The notes below the pieces were generated by a model. That model was not told the origin of the DNA, did not search any database, and was given only the letters and a program-made list of their open reading frames with translations. Shown one piece after another: positions 39,082 through 51,654 of a DNA stretch of 64,000 bases. Each line of letters begins with the position of its first letter. Positions within the stretch are counted from its first letter, which is position 1. The DNA is from Geosiphon pyriformis uo1 (lineage: Eukaryota > Fungi > Glomeromycota), in assembly GCA_016748015.1 (NCBI GenBank), contig JAAOMT010000372.1, positions 372,001 to 436,000 on the forward strand, read 5' to 3'. Both the position numbers and the translations under genes were made by a program.

Positions 39082-39165
39082 AGTGACCATGAATGACATA
39101 ATAGGAACGCTTAGTATTACCTATTATTGATGTTTTACAATCCTTCCGAACAATAAAAAACAACA
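39040..39165 (+). ncRNA. Candidate omegaRNA scaffold at the element right end
   Basis: Position overlaps and follows the Fanzor 3' end. Stems TGGTC/GACCA (39073-39089) and ATAATAGG/CCTATTAT (39098-39127). Confidence 0.4.
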
Positions 39166-39507
39166 TTTCCATATTGCATTATAAAAGTATAGGCAACGAA
39201 TGATTTCAAATTTTAATTTTAATTTCGATCTGTTTGTTAGCACAATTGAAAAATGCGAAATTAGTGTTAATTAGTTCATTGTTTATTCCTTTTGATGATT
39301 CAACATCTTTCCCAATTAATCTGTAATACATTTACGCCTTTTCCTAATGGAATCTCGGGTAATCTTTAAATTGTATCTAATTTCGCAGATTTCAAATAAT
39401 AAAAATACAAATTAATGAATATTTAGAACTTCACTTAATATCTCAGTCGAATGGTCAAATAATAGGCCTTTTCATTATGAAACTTTACATTTTTCTAGAA
39501 AGAAAGA

Positions 39508-40300
39508 TTAATTGCCATCTTCCATGATTATATTGAAATAAGGACCACGGTGTGAATCCATCACAGCTTCTTTAATTTCGACTCCAAAGGCAGCTTTGCT
39601 CCTAATTTTGTTCCATCCTCGCTTAAATTCCAAAAAAAACAAAGTACCCACTAATCCACCTCATTTAGCATAGTCATCATTTATTGGTTAGTCGTGCTAA
39701 ACTCAAGGCCCTCGAAATAACACGAAAAATATCAATAACCTTGACTATGTCCATAGGAATGTGTTAGATTTTTTTAAGAAGACCTTTTCCAATGTAAATA
39801 TGGTTATCACAAAAAACAACCGAAAATTTAATCAAGTTCAGGTCTTTGTAATTTTCCCACCTTTGCTAATTTTCTCAGTCTCAATTTTTCTTTTCACTTT
39901 CCGCTATCAAAATTGGATTGGAAGAACGATTTTATTTACTTGTTTTCATGATCAGTAGTTTTTTTTCACTATTGGCTTCAAAAAATTTTCATCAAAATTT
40001 GAGCAAGTTCCTCCATCAAATATGTTTGCAATTCTTTATTGTAATCATAAAAGATTGAGTTGTTTGCTATCCATGAAATTTGAGTCTTAGAAAGTATCTT
40101 TTTATCAGTTCAAATTTTCCTCGGACTAAAATTCTCAAATATGAAAAAATAGGCACTCCCAAAATACAAAATGACAATCTTTTTTGTAAAAAGGTCAATC
40201 TTCAATCTTTTACAAATAGGAAAACCTTTAATTGGCTTCTCCGATAGAATATTTTGGAGAGAGGGATTTAATAGGTTCTAGTTTCTAGATTCCAAAACAC
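39508..40300 (-). pseudogene. Degenerate lipase class 3-like gene
   Basis: Minus strand ends ...VMDSHRGPYFNIIMEDGN*, as in the 50284-51654 gene (NRGPYFGYLM). Upstream IFRVISR and KKIVILYF segments with in-frame stops. Confidence 0.4.
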
Positions 40301-40876
40301 GTTTGAAATCTACAGGAAGTTTAAAGATCTTACTTGATGTGGGACTCTTGGATTTTAACTATTGATGCAAGAATATGGCTTTTTTAAAAAATTATTTCTT
40401 GATTCCTAATATTGGGCTTTATTTTTGGGCAAGATTTTTTCAAAATATTAAAGCTTCGATTCTCTTCAATTTACACGGCATGATACCAATTTTTTGGTTC
40501 GTCTCATTCCTTAAAATCATTTCTTGATCATTTATAATTTTCCTGCATTTAAATCAAAGCTTTTTAAAGCAACAAAATTTTTAAGATTGTCAGTAATTGC
40601 CCAAAATCGAAAATCTGGTACAAAAGATGCCCAAATTACATAATAAAATTCCCATATATGTTGCTTTTGGCGTTCTTGAGTTCAACAACAATGTAAAAAA
40701 GGTTTGACAACTGAAAAATAGTGGTTTAGTTGGTCATTCTCCGAAATAGCTTTCTATATGAAAATATTCTTACGGAAAATATTCTTAATAATAATAATAA
40801 AACAAAAATTTAGGGTTCTTTTGAAGCTGGATTCTTGGACCCCAAATTTGTATTCAGTGAAGGTTACACATGAATA

Positions 40877-43800
40877 ATGGAACAAATCCTAGCACGCAAA
40901 ATGTCAGCTATTACGATTGACCCAAACATGGGCTACGACTTTAAATATGATCCTGAACGGTTTCAAAAATCCTTGGACAGACCGCCGCCGATTAAATTGC
41001 CCCAAGATTGTGATAATTGTCAAGACTATTATGTCGACAGTGAAACGTGTTTCATTTGTGAAAAGAAACAATTGCCAGATATGTGGACAAGTGGTGATTC
41101 AGAAATAGACCGCTTTCTTCGAGATATTCAAATCAAAGCGACCAATCAACGAACTTATTTGCAATGGATCCCGTATGTCGAATTTACTAATATTGAGAAA
41201 ATAGGAAAGATTGGAAAGAAAGAGATGTTTTCGGCATCATGGATAAAAGGAACAATAACAAAACAAATTCCTACATGGGGCGCGCAGAGTAATCCTTTGG
41301 TGATATTGAAAGAGATGGATCAAGAAGAAGAAGATATTGAGGAATTTATGGAAGAAGTATTCAAAAAATAAACTTTTGATTGTTGTCAGTATATTTTATG
41401 ATTAAATGTTGGCAGGATCAGATTGAAAATCAAAATTTATTTTCCCAAGGTTGAAGCACATTTACAATTTGGAGGTTCGATGGACTGTAGAATCTTACGA
41501 TGCTATGGAATATCTCGAAACTCAAATACAACGTCTTGGGTCATGGTCATGGAGCATTTTTCCGAAGGGGATTTAGGCCGATGTTTACGAAAATACGCTT
41601 CAAAAATGAATTGGGATATCAAAATATCCATCCTAGAAGATATCGCGAATGGGCTTGCCAGAATTCACAATTCACAATTGGCCTTAAAAGATTTTCATGG
41701 TGGAAATATTTTAATCAATGCTTTAGAAGGTCGAGCGGTGATAGCTGATATGAAATTGGTACATAGGGATGGAAAACATCCGCCTTCAAAGTTAACTGGT
41801 GTTCTACCTTATATTGCTCCTGAGATGTTGAATCGACAGCCAGTATCCTCTGCGGCAAATGTTTATTCATTTTCTATAATTATGTGGGAATTGGCGACCG
41901 GAGAACGAGCTTTTGCACATCGAGCGCATGATGACGTTTTGGGTATAGAGATTTATCGACAAGCTCGTCCAAACATTCATTCAAACATACCAAAGCCTTT
42001 TGCTAATCTTTTAAAACAATGTTGGCATCCGGATCCATTTAAAAGACCGACCGTCAAAGAAGTACTAAAAACACTTCAAAAATGGGGAGAGAAATTATGG
42101 GCATTGATTTTTACTAACATTACATCGACTATTTATGCACCTGGCGAGGATCCCGAAATTGATGCATTTCGGACGGCCGATCTTTTTTCGCAGCGCAGCA
42201 AATCTCTTGGGAGCCACGGGTAAACTACCTTCTGAGATTTAGGTCCTCATATTCATTTTTTAATTTCCAAATTCTTTGAACGGTAGTTTTGTCGATTCTG
42301 ACTCATCAATGGAAAATTCGGAAGCAATTTATGAAACACGGGATTTTGATTATCCCCCTCTTGGAGGTATCATTTGCGAATATGAGAGCGACGAGGGTAA
42401 AATAATTTTAGAAATATATTATTTATATTCTTCCCTTTTTTGGTGCTTCATTCTAAATTCCATAATTATTTTAGATTTAGATTTAGAATCTTTTCCGACA
42501 AACTTTGGTCAACTCTGGAACGAGAGTGAGGACGAGAATGGGAAAATACAAAACTCTTCCAATGGTTTCTTGGATTTGAAAAAGACTAGCGAACGAAGAG
42601 CGGTATTAAAATTCCATCGCCAATTAGAGGCAGAGAATTTTCGATTTTCTCAAAACTGGGCAAGTGGAAATATAGCTATCGATGATTTCATTCGAGAAAC
42701 TCAAGTGAATGCCGTTGATTATACAAGTTTCTTGGAATGGATACCATATGAGAAGTTCAATGAGCCTCGACAAATAGGTCGAGGTGGTTTTTCAACTATT
42801 TATTTGGCTACTTGGCCAGAGGGTCCCACACCATTAAAAGAAACCGAACTGGAGCCCTTGACTTATCAAAAAGTGGTCTTAAAACATCTGGACTATTCCT
42901 TAAATATCACAACTGAATACATTAATGAGGTTTGTCTTGAAAATTTTTAATTGACACTAAGTGTATTTCTCTGATAGAAATTTACTTGTTTTTTATCATA
43001 TTTTAGATAAAAGGATATTATCAATGTGCCAAAGTAGCTGGAATCCCCCTTGTGCGTTGTTACGGATTCTCACAAGACCCAGTTAGCGGCAACTATGTTA
43101 TTGTATACGAGTTTATTCCTGATGGTGATCTAGGAAATTGCCTAAAGACTCAATATCAGAAATGGCAATGGTGGGAAAAGCTTCAAATATTGTCTGGCAT
43201 CACAACAGGATTGCGCGCAATTCATAAGGCTGGTCATATTCATCGTGATTTACATCTTGGGAACATTCTCTTGGAGGGCACAAAAGCATCAATAGCTGAT
43301 ATGAGTTTAAGTCGCCCTGCTGATCAATATAATACTGGGGAGGTTTATGGTGTCCTTCCGTTTATCGCTCCCGAGGTTTTATCCGGAAGACCATATACAC
43401 AAGCCGCCGATATTTATAGTTTTGCTATGATAATGTGGTCTTTAACAACCGGAGAACGTCCTTATAAAAGTCGAGAATATGATGAGAATTTTGCACTGGC
43501 GGTTTTACATGGGCTTCGGCCGACATTAGCCGAAGGTACACCTGCGTGCTATTCGGCCTTTATGAAACGTTGTTGGGATGCTAATCCCGAAAAGAGACCC
43601 ACCTCAAAGCAATTGAAAAAAATTTTTTATTACTGGGAAGAGAATATGAGAGTACATGAACTGAATGATTATAGTGCTGATGCCGAATATGTTGGTGATG
43701 ACATTGAAAAAATGAAACGTCATTTATCTCAGTTCTTGGCAGCGGATGAACGAAGCTACCCTGGACAACAAAATTTTCCAACTACAGAAGTCGTTGGTGC

Positions 43801-45508
43801 TGTATATACTAGTCGTAAGTTGAACTTTGTTGGAATACGTCGAAAACCTTCAAAGCCCGAACCCGAATCCAGCCGTTCAATTGAGATTAGAGCTGGATTT
43901 TCGGAAGCATCTCGAATAAAACAAATCGATTCTTTTAACATCAATGGACGAAATTCACGTAATATAAAGTTTATTTTAAATTATTTAACGGTTGGTCTTC
44001 GAAAATGCTTTAATTTTCTCCACTTTTTAATAGCAAGCCAATCAGAAGAGGCCGAAGATATTAAAAAAATATTGACTTCGAGACAGTTTGGTAATAGTAT
44101 CCCTAATGTTAAACAGACGTGTTGAATCTTTTTAAATTCTTCAATTCAATTTTCAATATTAACTACTTTTTGATTTAAGACTTTTCGCAAAGCTCAAAAC
44201 CATCTGAAATATTCCCATTTTTGAAAGATAAAGGCAAGCAAGTACAAAAGTTACCTGAAGGTAAGGCTCCAGTGAATTTTATAAGTTTATTTTAACTTCA
44301 CACTTACACTGATTGAGATTTCGCTTGGGACACAAAAATTGGAAAAGCCTTAAGGCAAGACCCACTTTCCAGTGATCTTATCATGGATTACCAAAGTGAC
44401 GATTTTGGTAATCTTAATAAACTTGAAGACTTTTTAATATGAATTTCAACATTGAGAAACTCTTTTTTCAAAATTCCTAGAGAAAAAGTATGATTCGCAA
44501 GAACCGCCTACCCCGGCAAAAACAATTGACTATCAGCTTCGTCCTGATGGTAAAATAAGTTCACCAAAATTTTAACTCCTTTCACCATGCGACTTGCCTC
44601 TTTTAGATTTTACGTCATATGCTCAAAATTCCTCCTTAGTTACCATTTTCCGCCCCAGAAGTAGCTCGAACCTGGAAAAGAATAAATCACGCCCTGGACA
44701 CTTTAGGCCTCGAAGTGTTTCAGGTAATCAAACTATTATATGGCAACTGTTGAGTTGCACGGCTCCTCCATTCGAATTTTTAATAATCATTTTCATGTTA
44801 ATCCATAGACGCTTTTAAAGACTCCGTTGAAATATCAAAATTTGTAATCATCACTGCCCATTCCGAAAGTTCTCCCGATACTTCAAATATAAAAACCAAA
44901 GCAGGTAATCATGCTTATCAACTTGAAGCCCGAGTAAACTTTCATATTGTGATTAAATTCAGATTTTTGATATTGTCATCAACCATCTCTTCCCACAGAG
45001 CAAAGTTGGCCAAAAATGCCACTCTCACTTTCTTATGCACAAGAAGACTTTCAATCAGGTAGTAAGTCCTTTATTTCACTTTTTTTGTTGCAAATTCCAT
45101 GATTTCTAAAAAAAATTTCGTCCGCTATACCGGGGCAATTTATTCGAACCTTATCAGATGGATTAGACAATTACGGTACTGGTAAAAGGTCTTCATTCGT
45201 GTTAATTCAATTAAGATTTTTTTACTAACAGATTTACTTAATTTTCACTAATGGTCTTGGGCAATTGAGAAGCCATATGTGAGAATCATAAATTAATTTT
45301 TTGAATTTAGGAATCGATAAAATATAAGAATGCTCAATTTCTAAACCAATCTCTTATTTCAGTGCTTGAACACAACTGTAGACAACTGTTTGGGACATGT
45401 AAAACGTGTGGCAGGCCAAACATTGATTTCAGTTTTTGCTACGATTGCCGATTAGCCGATGAAAGACGTTTATTTGAAGAATCAGACGACGATGATTATT
45501 ATCAATGA
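40877..45508 (+). CDS. Multi-exon tandem two-domain TKL-type protein kinase (Glomeromycota-expanded family) with terminal Cys4 motifs
   Basis: Exons ~40877-41356, 41450-42219, 42287-42396, 42475-42929, 43007-43958 and 44034-44090, then several small exons; last exon ~45363-45508 (FGTCKTCGRPNIDFSFCYDC...YYQ*). GT-AG introns. Each kinase domain is preceded by W(T/A)SG..ID.F and WIPY. The 3' exon structure is less certain. Confidence 0.85.
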
Positions 45509-45948
45509 TCCCGCAAGCAAAATCAATTTCATGAGTGGAAGGATGGGATTTTATTGAATAAAAGCAGCCTTTTTCCCGTACTCTATTTTTGGTGAAGGTA
45601 GTCAAGACCATATCTTTGTTCTTTTTGTCTCATTGCCAGGCCGTTCGCGAAAACTTTTAGAAAACAGTTTATATATGGATCTTTGTAACATAGAAATTGT
45701 ATTATTAAAAAAACTGGTCAGATTTATATATCATCTTTGAAATTTTGTAAGTTTGAAAATTTTAGATTTGGTACATCAAAGATCACTGGTTCTTTTAGTT
45801 GCTAAAAATTGCTTTGTATATAGCCTGAAAAAATTTCTGAAAACTTAAATTTTTCTCAAAATAAAACTTTTGAAAAAATATTCTCAACTTTTGTTTTTGA
45901 ATAGACGAAAAAAAATCAATATCTTGAACCTTCCTTTCTCCCATTTTA

Positions 45949-47305
45949 TTAAGAAGCATCCGCTGTTGAAGTGTCCAACTTTTGGGCAACTAAATCCTCG
46001 GAAAACTTCCAGAGCTTCTTGGCCAATTCTTCATTAGTTGCATAATTACTAGGTTCAATAACTTTAGCATCCGGAATGATATACTTTGCTCGAAGATTTT
46101 TTTCTTCAATTTCTGGACTAGTAGCAGCATATAACTGATTCAATGCACCCTCATCCGTACTTTTACCAAACAAGGCGTTATTCACGGCCAAGAAAGGTAT
46201 GACCATTTTTCCCCATGCTTGTGTAATCCCTTGAGTAAGATCGGTTTTTACTACACCAGGATGAACAGAGTTACAGTAAATCTGTTTTCCTTCGAGGCGA
46301 CGATCAAGTTCTCGGGTGAATAGAATGTTTGCAATTTTTGATTGACCATATCGTTGCCAAACGTTGTATTTTTGGGAGTTAAGATTTTCAAAGTCGATGC
46401 CACCACTTGGAACGATATTGTGGCCATAGCTGTCAAAGGATGATAAAATATGAGACGATATAGGTAAAGATGTTCTTTATGAAGTGCTGGTCCATTATTT
46501 ACCTGCTGACTGTGACGATTCTTGCTGGAGCTGAAGCTTCGATCCTTGGAAGAAGAGTTGTTGTCCAAAGCTGAAATCATAATGATCAAAATATTGGATG
46601 TGTAAATTTGAAAATTTTATCAATTAAAGGATCAAAACGTTTTAGAATAAATCATTTGTAAATTGCTTACAAAGTGCCCAAGATGGTTCGTCGCAAATTG
46701 ACTTTCGATGCCATCTTCTGAAAGGCCATAGGGCCTAAAAGATTGATAGAAAATTTGAATTAAATGCCGAGAACAAAGACAAACCGAGTATCATTATGCC
46801 AAATTTCCTTTAAACGTATTCATCTCAACTTACACTGCCATAATTCCCGCATTATTCACTCTATAAGAAATTTTTTTTTAAATATTAAAAACTCAAATGA
46901 TTTATCAACACCAAATGAAGACTCACAAAATATGTATAGGTAGTCCCTTTGCAAGAAAGTCATCGGCAGCTTTCTTAATTTGCTTTAAATTCTGCAAATC
47001 CAATTGCAAAAACTCGACTTGAGTATTTTTCGTTTCTTTTTTAATCAATTCTACCGCCGCTTCACCCTTTTCTTTGCTACGACTGCATACGAACACATGA
47101 GCCCCTTTTCGAGCAATTTCACGAGCAGTAACGAGCCCTATGCCGGTATTAGCACCGGTTATTAGAGCCACCTATATGGAAGAGATTAAAAGTTGAAGCA
47201 TTATAAAGATTCAGATATGGATTACAAAAAGAATGCAAAATCAGTTCTTACCTTGCCAGTCAGGTCTGGAATATTCTCAAAGGTAAATGGTTTTTTGCCC
47301 CACAT
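45949..47305 (-). CDS. Short-chain dehydrogenase/reductase (retinol dehydrogenase/WWOX-like), multi-exon
   Basis: MWGKKPFTFENIPDLTGK|VALITGANTGIG; NNAGIM; FATNHLGH; YGQSK catalytic motif; NSVHPGVV; C-terminal LAKKLWKFSE. Confidence 0.93.
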
Positions 47306-48779
47306 TCTGATACTTATGCGGGTTGTTTGTAACTAATGGTTGATTCAATTAAATTGCAGAAATAATATTTCGGGAACTTTCAAAATGATTCTTGTCCAAA
47401 TTAATTCCTTAATGCTATACGAGCCGTGAATTTGGAAGGACAGAAAAAAAATGGACTCAATTTATCGAAATTGTTCACTATCATTTTTTGGGTGAACTGT
47501 CTCCTCCATTCTCATTGAGGTTACGGCCGTGCTACAAGCATCACGGTAATTACGCAGGTCCGATAAATGCTTTTATCGCTTTATTTTGTTTCGGATGCAG
47601 CTGACCAAAGATAGAATCCAAGAAAAAGATAAGCACGTATCTGCACAAACCAAGAGATAATCATTTGATTGTATACATCCTTTTTATTAAAAATATATTT
47701 GACTCAAAGGCAATGGCGAAAAAGGTCTTGACCAAATGAAACCTCGAAAAAATCTATTTGGAGTATTGGGCGTTTAATTATTTCTCAATTCTGATTAAGG
47801 TTTTAAATTTGGTAAATTTTTCTGTTTTGGCTAGAATTAATTTTTTAAGAACGCTCTAATGAAACTTTATTTTTTTATTAGTTTACATCTTATAAAACAT
47901 TAAATTTAATTATTTCAGTAAAAAGATTCTTGAGATTTATAGAAAGTAGCCTTTGGGAAAATATTTCGTTTCATACAAGATTTAATTCATATTTACTATA
48001 TCGTCAATTACGAAATTCTCGAGTTTTTGTTTATATTTATATTTTGCTGGATTTTACAGTTAATTTCTTTGAATTGTTTTATTAGGTTGCTTAAATATTT
48101 GGAGAAAACAGAATGTTTTAATCGCACACATTTTTAAAAAATATTCTAAAATTAGCGACTAAGAGTACTATTTTGGTAATAAATTGATAAGAATGATTTC
48201 AAGACAAGATTGCCTTTTCTTCGATAATTTAGTATTATAAGTGTGTAATCAAATATCATCTAATTTTTTTTTTGAAATAACAATGTAAAAAGCAATATAT
48301 AGCATAAATACGGCAAAACAATAGTCGATCCATTTATCTGAATTCTTCTAAAACGATTAATAGAACAGGTTTCCTCCCCAAACTCTGGGAATATCTTAAT
48401 GAAAAGTTTACCCGATCAATTTTCTAACCAAAAGATTGACACTGAATTTCGTTTTAGCTGAGCAAATGGTTAAACAAAGCTGATACGTAATCACAAAGAT
48501 TTCTTGGCATAAAACAGCTGGTATACGTAACGTGTTGACGAAAGCTCTTTTTAAGTGAATGATGAATTCTGGAGAACTTCTTCCTGGATAAAATAAATTT
48601 GTCAAAATTTAAGAGGTTCACATTTAATTCTTGACCTGTTTATACATTTTTCTTGGCATTGAAACTAGTATTTATATTGGGTGTTGTTTGAAAAAAATTA
48701 ACTGCACATGATATTATCATTTTTTAATAAATCGTTTAAGAAATAAACCAATCTTTACCTTGATCTCTTTCAAAAAATC

Positions 48780-49850
48780 ATGGCAAGCATTAAAATTTCT
48801 CACAAATCAACCATTCGCCGTTTTACCGTTCCAAAATCTATTACTTGGCCTGAATTTGAGCAGCAAGTTCACATAATTTTTAGCCTGCCTTCGTCGAGTT
48901 CAATTTTAGTTTCATACAAAGATGAAGATGGGGATGAGATCACTGTATCCTCAGATTTAGAATTGAATGATATAATTTTACAAAATGCTGGATCTACCAT
49001 TCTATTTCGTTTGATTTCAACCAATGAAATTGAAAATGCCAGCAATTCTTTATTGCTCCAGCAGAACCAGCAAGAACAAACGCAATCTGTCAGTAGTGCT
49101 ATTCCCCTTGAATCTAAGAGACATGTCAATTTTAATAAGAGTCAAGAAAGTATATCTGCAACTCCTAGAAATTTGGATCCAAACTTACTAATCTCACCAT
49201 TCGACAGTGAAAACTTGCAAGAAAAGAAAAAAGCACGGGAAATCCAGACAGTTGCCCAGAAATTCAAAAAATTGGTTGATGAGTTCCGTGATGTTTTAGA
49301 TACCAATCCAATCTTGGTCAATACAAATAATATCATGGATCAAATCTTGGATGGCGTTCCAGTGAATTTGGATAGCTGGGCTGAGTGGATGAACGGTTAC
49401 CCTATTCAAAATAATCAAAATTCCAGCCAACAGCGTTCTAATGCTGAACGAAAGAGCGACAACTCTAATTCCAATATCAATCTTAATCCTTGCGCTGCTT
49501 GTGGGTTAACTCCCAACACGGCATCATCTAATCAATTCACCAATTGTCCCAACCAGAACCTATCCCAAAATTTTTCTGGTCATGATTCATTCAATCCAAT
49601 GCGTATTATTGGTCATTTGATGAAAAAAGCAATTTTTGCCCTACTCGTATTGTTCTTTGCCATTCAACTTTTCAAGTTTGTTTTAGGTCTCGCTATTCCT
49701 ATTTTTATTGGCGCTCTAACTATAAAATTCTTCCGTCGAAATTCTCGTGGGTTTGGTGGTAGAAGACCTCATGGATACAACCATCCTCATCATAATCATG
49801 GATTTTTTCGTCGTGGATATGGATGGGGACGTCGTTTTGGGACCTGTTGA
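48780..49850 (+). CDS. PB1-domain protein with C-terminal hydrophobic segment and R/G/H-rich tail, 356 aa
   Basis: IKISHKSTIRRF ... SYKDEDGDEITVSSDLEL (OPCA motif); hydrophobic AIFALLVLFFAIQLFKFVLGLAIPIFIGAL. Confidence 0.85.
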   Translation: MASIKISHKSTIRRFTVPKSITWPEFEQQVHIIFSLPSSSSILVSYKDEDGDEITVSSDLELNDIILQNAGSTILFRLISTNEIENASNSLLLQQNQQEQTQSVSSAIPLESKRHVNFNKSQESISATPRNLDPNLLISPFDSENLQEKKKAREIQTVAQKFKKLVDEFRDVLDTNPILVNTNNIMDQILDGVPVNLDSWAEWMNGYPIQNNQNSSQQRSNAERKSDNSNSNINLNPCAACGLTPNTASSNQFTNCPNQNLSQNFSGHDSFNPMRIIGHLMKKAIFALLVLFFAIQLFKFVLGLAIPIFIGALTIKFFRRNSRGFGGRRPHGYNHPHHNHGFFRRGYGWGRRFGTC

Positions 49851-50283
49851 AAGAATTTTTAAAATATGGGTCATTTTTAATGGCATTATTTTATAGATAT
49901 TTATTTTATCCCCATACATGAAATTGAATAAAGAAAATATTTTAAACATTTCAACCTCTGAAAAGTAAAACCTTATCGTAAAATATTTAATTAAATCATT
50001 GATCAGCCATGATGCTTGAAACGGATCTCGTAATTCGAATCAATATTATTGTTTGCAAAATGATTTCATAACTGATACATTGATAAAGAACTGCTTTGAC
50101 CATCATTTCATGTCTGAATCCAAACATTATGAATACAAACTTATTTTAATTTGCGCAAGAAATCAATTTATATTTTGTAAATCATTTTTGTAGTGGGAAT
50201 TTTCGCACTCCCTAGATTTGTTTGATATATTTGGCCATTCACCTGTTTAAAAGCACCAAATTTGCTTCACAAATATCATCAGG

Positions 50284-51654
50284 ATGAATCACATTTTACG
50301 GAAATTTGACACTTCACCCCCCTTGAATCTTTGGCTTCGGCCCTTTGTATTTATACTTAAACATGTCACTCTTTTTGCTCTTATTTTCACGGTCATTGGC
50401 TTGCCTCTCCTTTTTCAAATTTACTCACAAATTAAAAGTAGCCAAGTGAAAAAGAATTGTTTAACTTACATAGGAACGAGTTCATTTTTAAAAAATTCTC
50501 ATGATTCAGGAAAGGGCAATGGAACTTTGAAAATTTATTCAAATTTTAACGAAAGAACCAACTCTCAGTATACCAAGCCAATCCTTATCACAGATCTCAA
50601 TCTTCTTCGGTATTTGGCAAGGAGCGCATATTGGGCAAGAGAAGCCGCCTGTCTGAAACCTCGTGAGGATTCAGTTGGGTCAAAAATACATGGTATTTTT
50701 AACAGCAACAAAATTGAACCATCCTTTCTATGATGCGAAACTCTTCTATATATTGAGTTCTTTATAAAAATTAGTAAAAGTAGCCGAGCAACCAAAAAAT
50801 GGTAAAGCAGAAACAGGTTCTAAAGAAATATATGTATACTTCTATCACGAAAGCTTGGATATAGATTATTGGGAAACGCGTGAAAATCTGTTCCTTACGT
50901 TACCCAAAGGAGGTGGTTTAAAAATCGACCGCTTTTTTTGGGAAAAATTCAGGAATGTAAGAAAACCTTTTTTACAAAAGATGGCGCCTTTTATCGACTC
51001 TAAGGCTAATTATACATTTACTGGTTTTGGAAATGGTGGAGGTAGGTAAAGTCCAAGATGCTGAGAAAGTTTCTAAAATCTAGCAATTCTGGAGCTCTGA
51101 TTTTAAGTTGCCCCACACATAGCTGTTGCAATACTAGCTGGATTAGCATTCCGAGACGAATTCCAAATTGATCCAGTATTAGTCACTTTCGGTGCACCTA
51201 GATTAAGCAATGAACATTTTGTAAGATGGGTTTCTAATCAATTCAAGATTTATCGTGTAACCTATTCTTTTGACACTATACCTGGATTTCCCTCGGGTTA
51301 TCGCCAACATCCTACGGAATATTGGATACCTGAGCAAGAAGAATGTCAATGTCAGTACGATAATCTCAATGAAGCTGAAAGCTTCCCTAAAGTTTTTAAG
51401 TGCCTACACGGTGAAAACTTTTTGGAAAATCCGGTATGCATTGAACAATATAACCCTTTAATTTTTTAATCTCCATTAAAATTTGGTTTCAATATAAAAG
51501 TCTGAATGTCTTGAATACTTCTTGGTTTAATTGGTAGGCTTGTAATGCCCAGATGCGTTACAGATTTAGAGACTCGCATCAAAAATTCAAATCCAATTTC
51601 AATAGAGGCCCATATTTTGGCTATCTCATGGGTCGTTGTCCACATGACTCATAA
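50284..51654 (+). CDS. Lipase class 3-like membrane-anchored/secreted protein, probably catalytically inactive, multi-exon
   Basis: N-terminal hydrophobic helix; YLARSAYWA.C; FTGFGNGG|AVAILAG; VTFGAPRL; YRVT..DTIP; HPTEYWI; GPYFGYLMG.C; GT-AG introns. Confidence 0.8.

Larger units (their letters stand above)
37670..39150 (+). mobile_element. Degenerate IS607-like element (serine recombinase TnpA + TnpB/Fanzor2)
   Basis: Consecutive resolvase and TnpB motifs in IS607 gene order. Ends not precisely defined. Confidence 0.8.
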
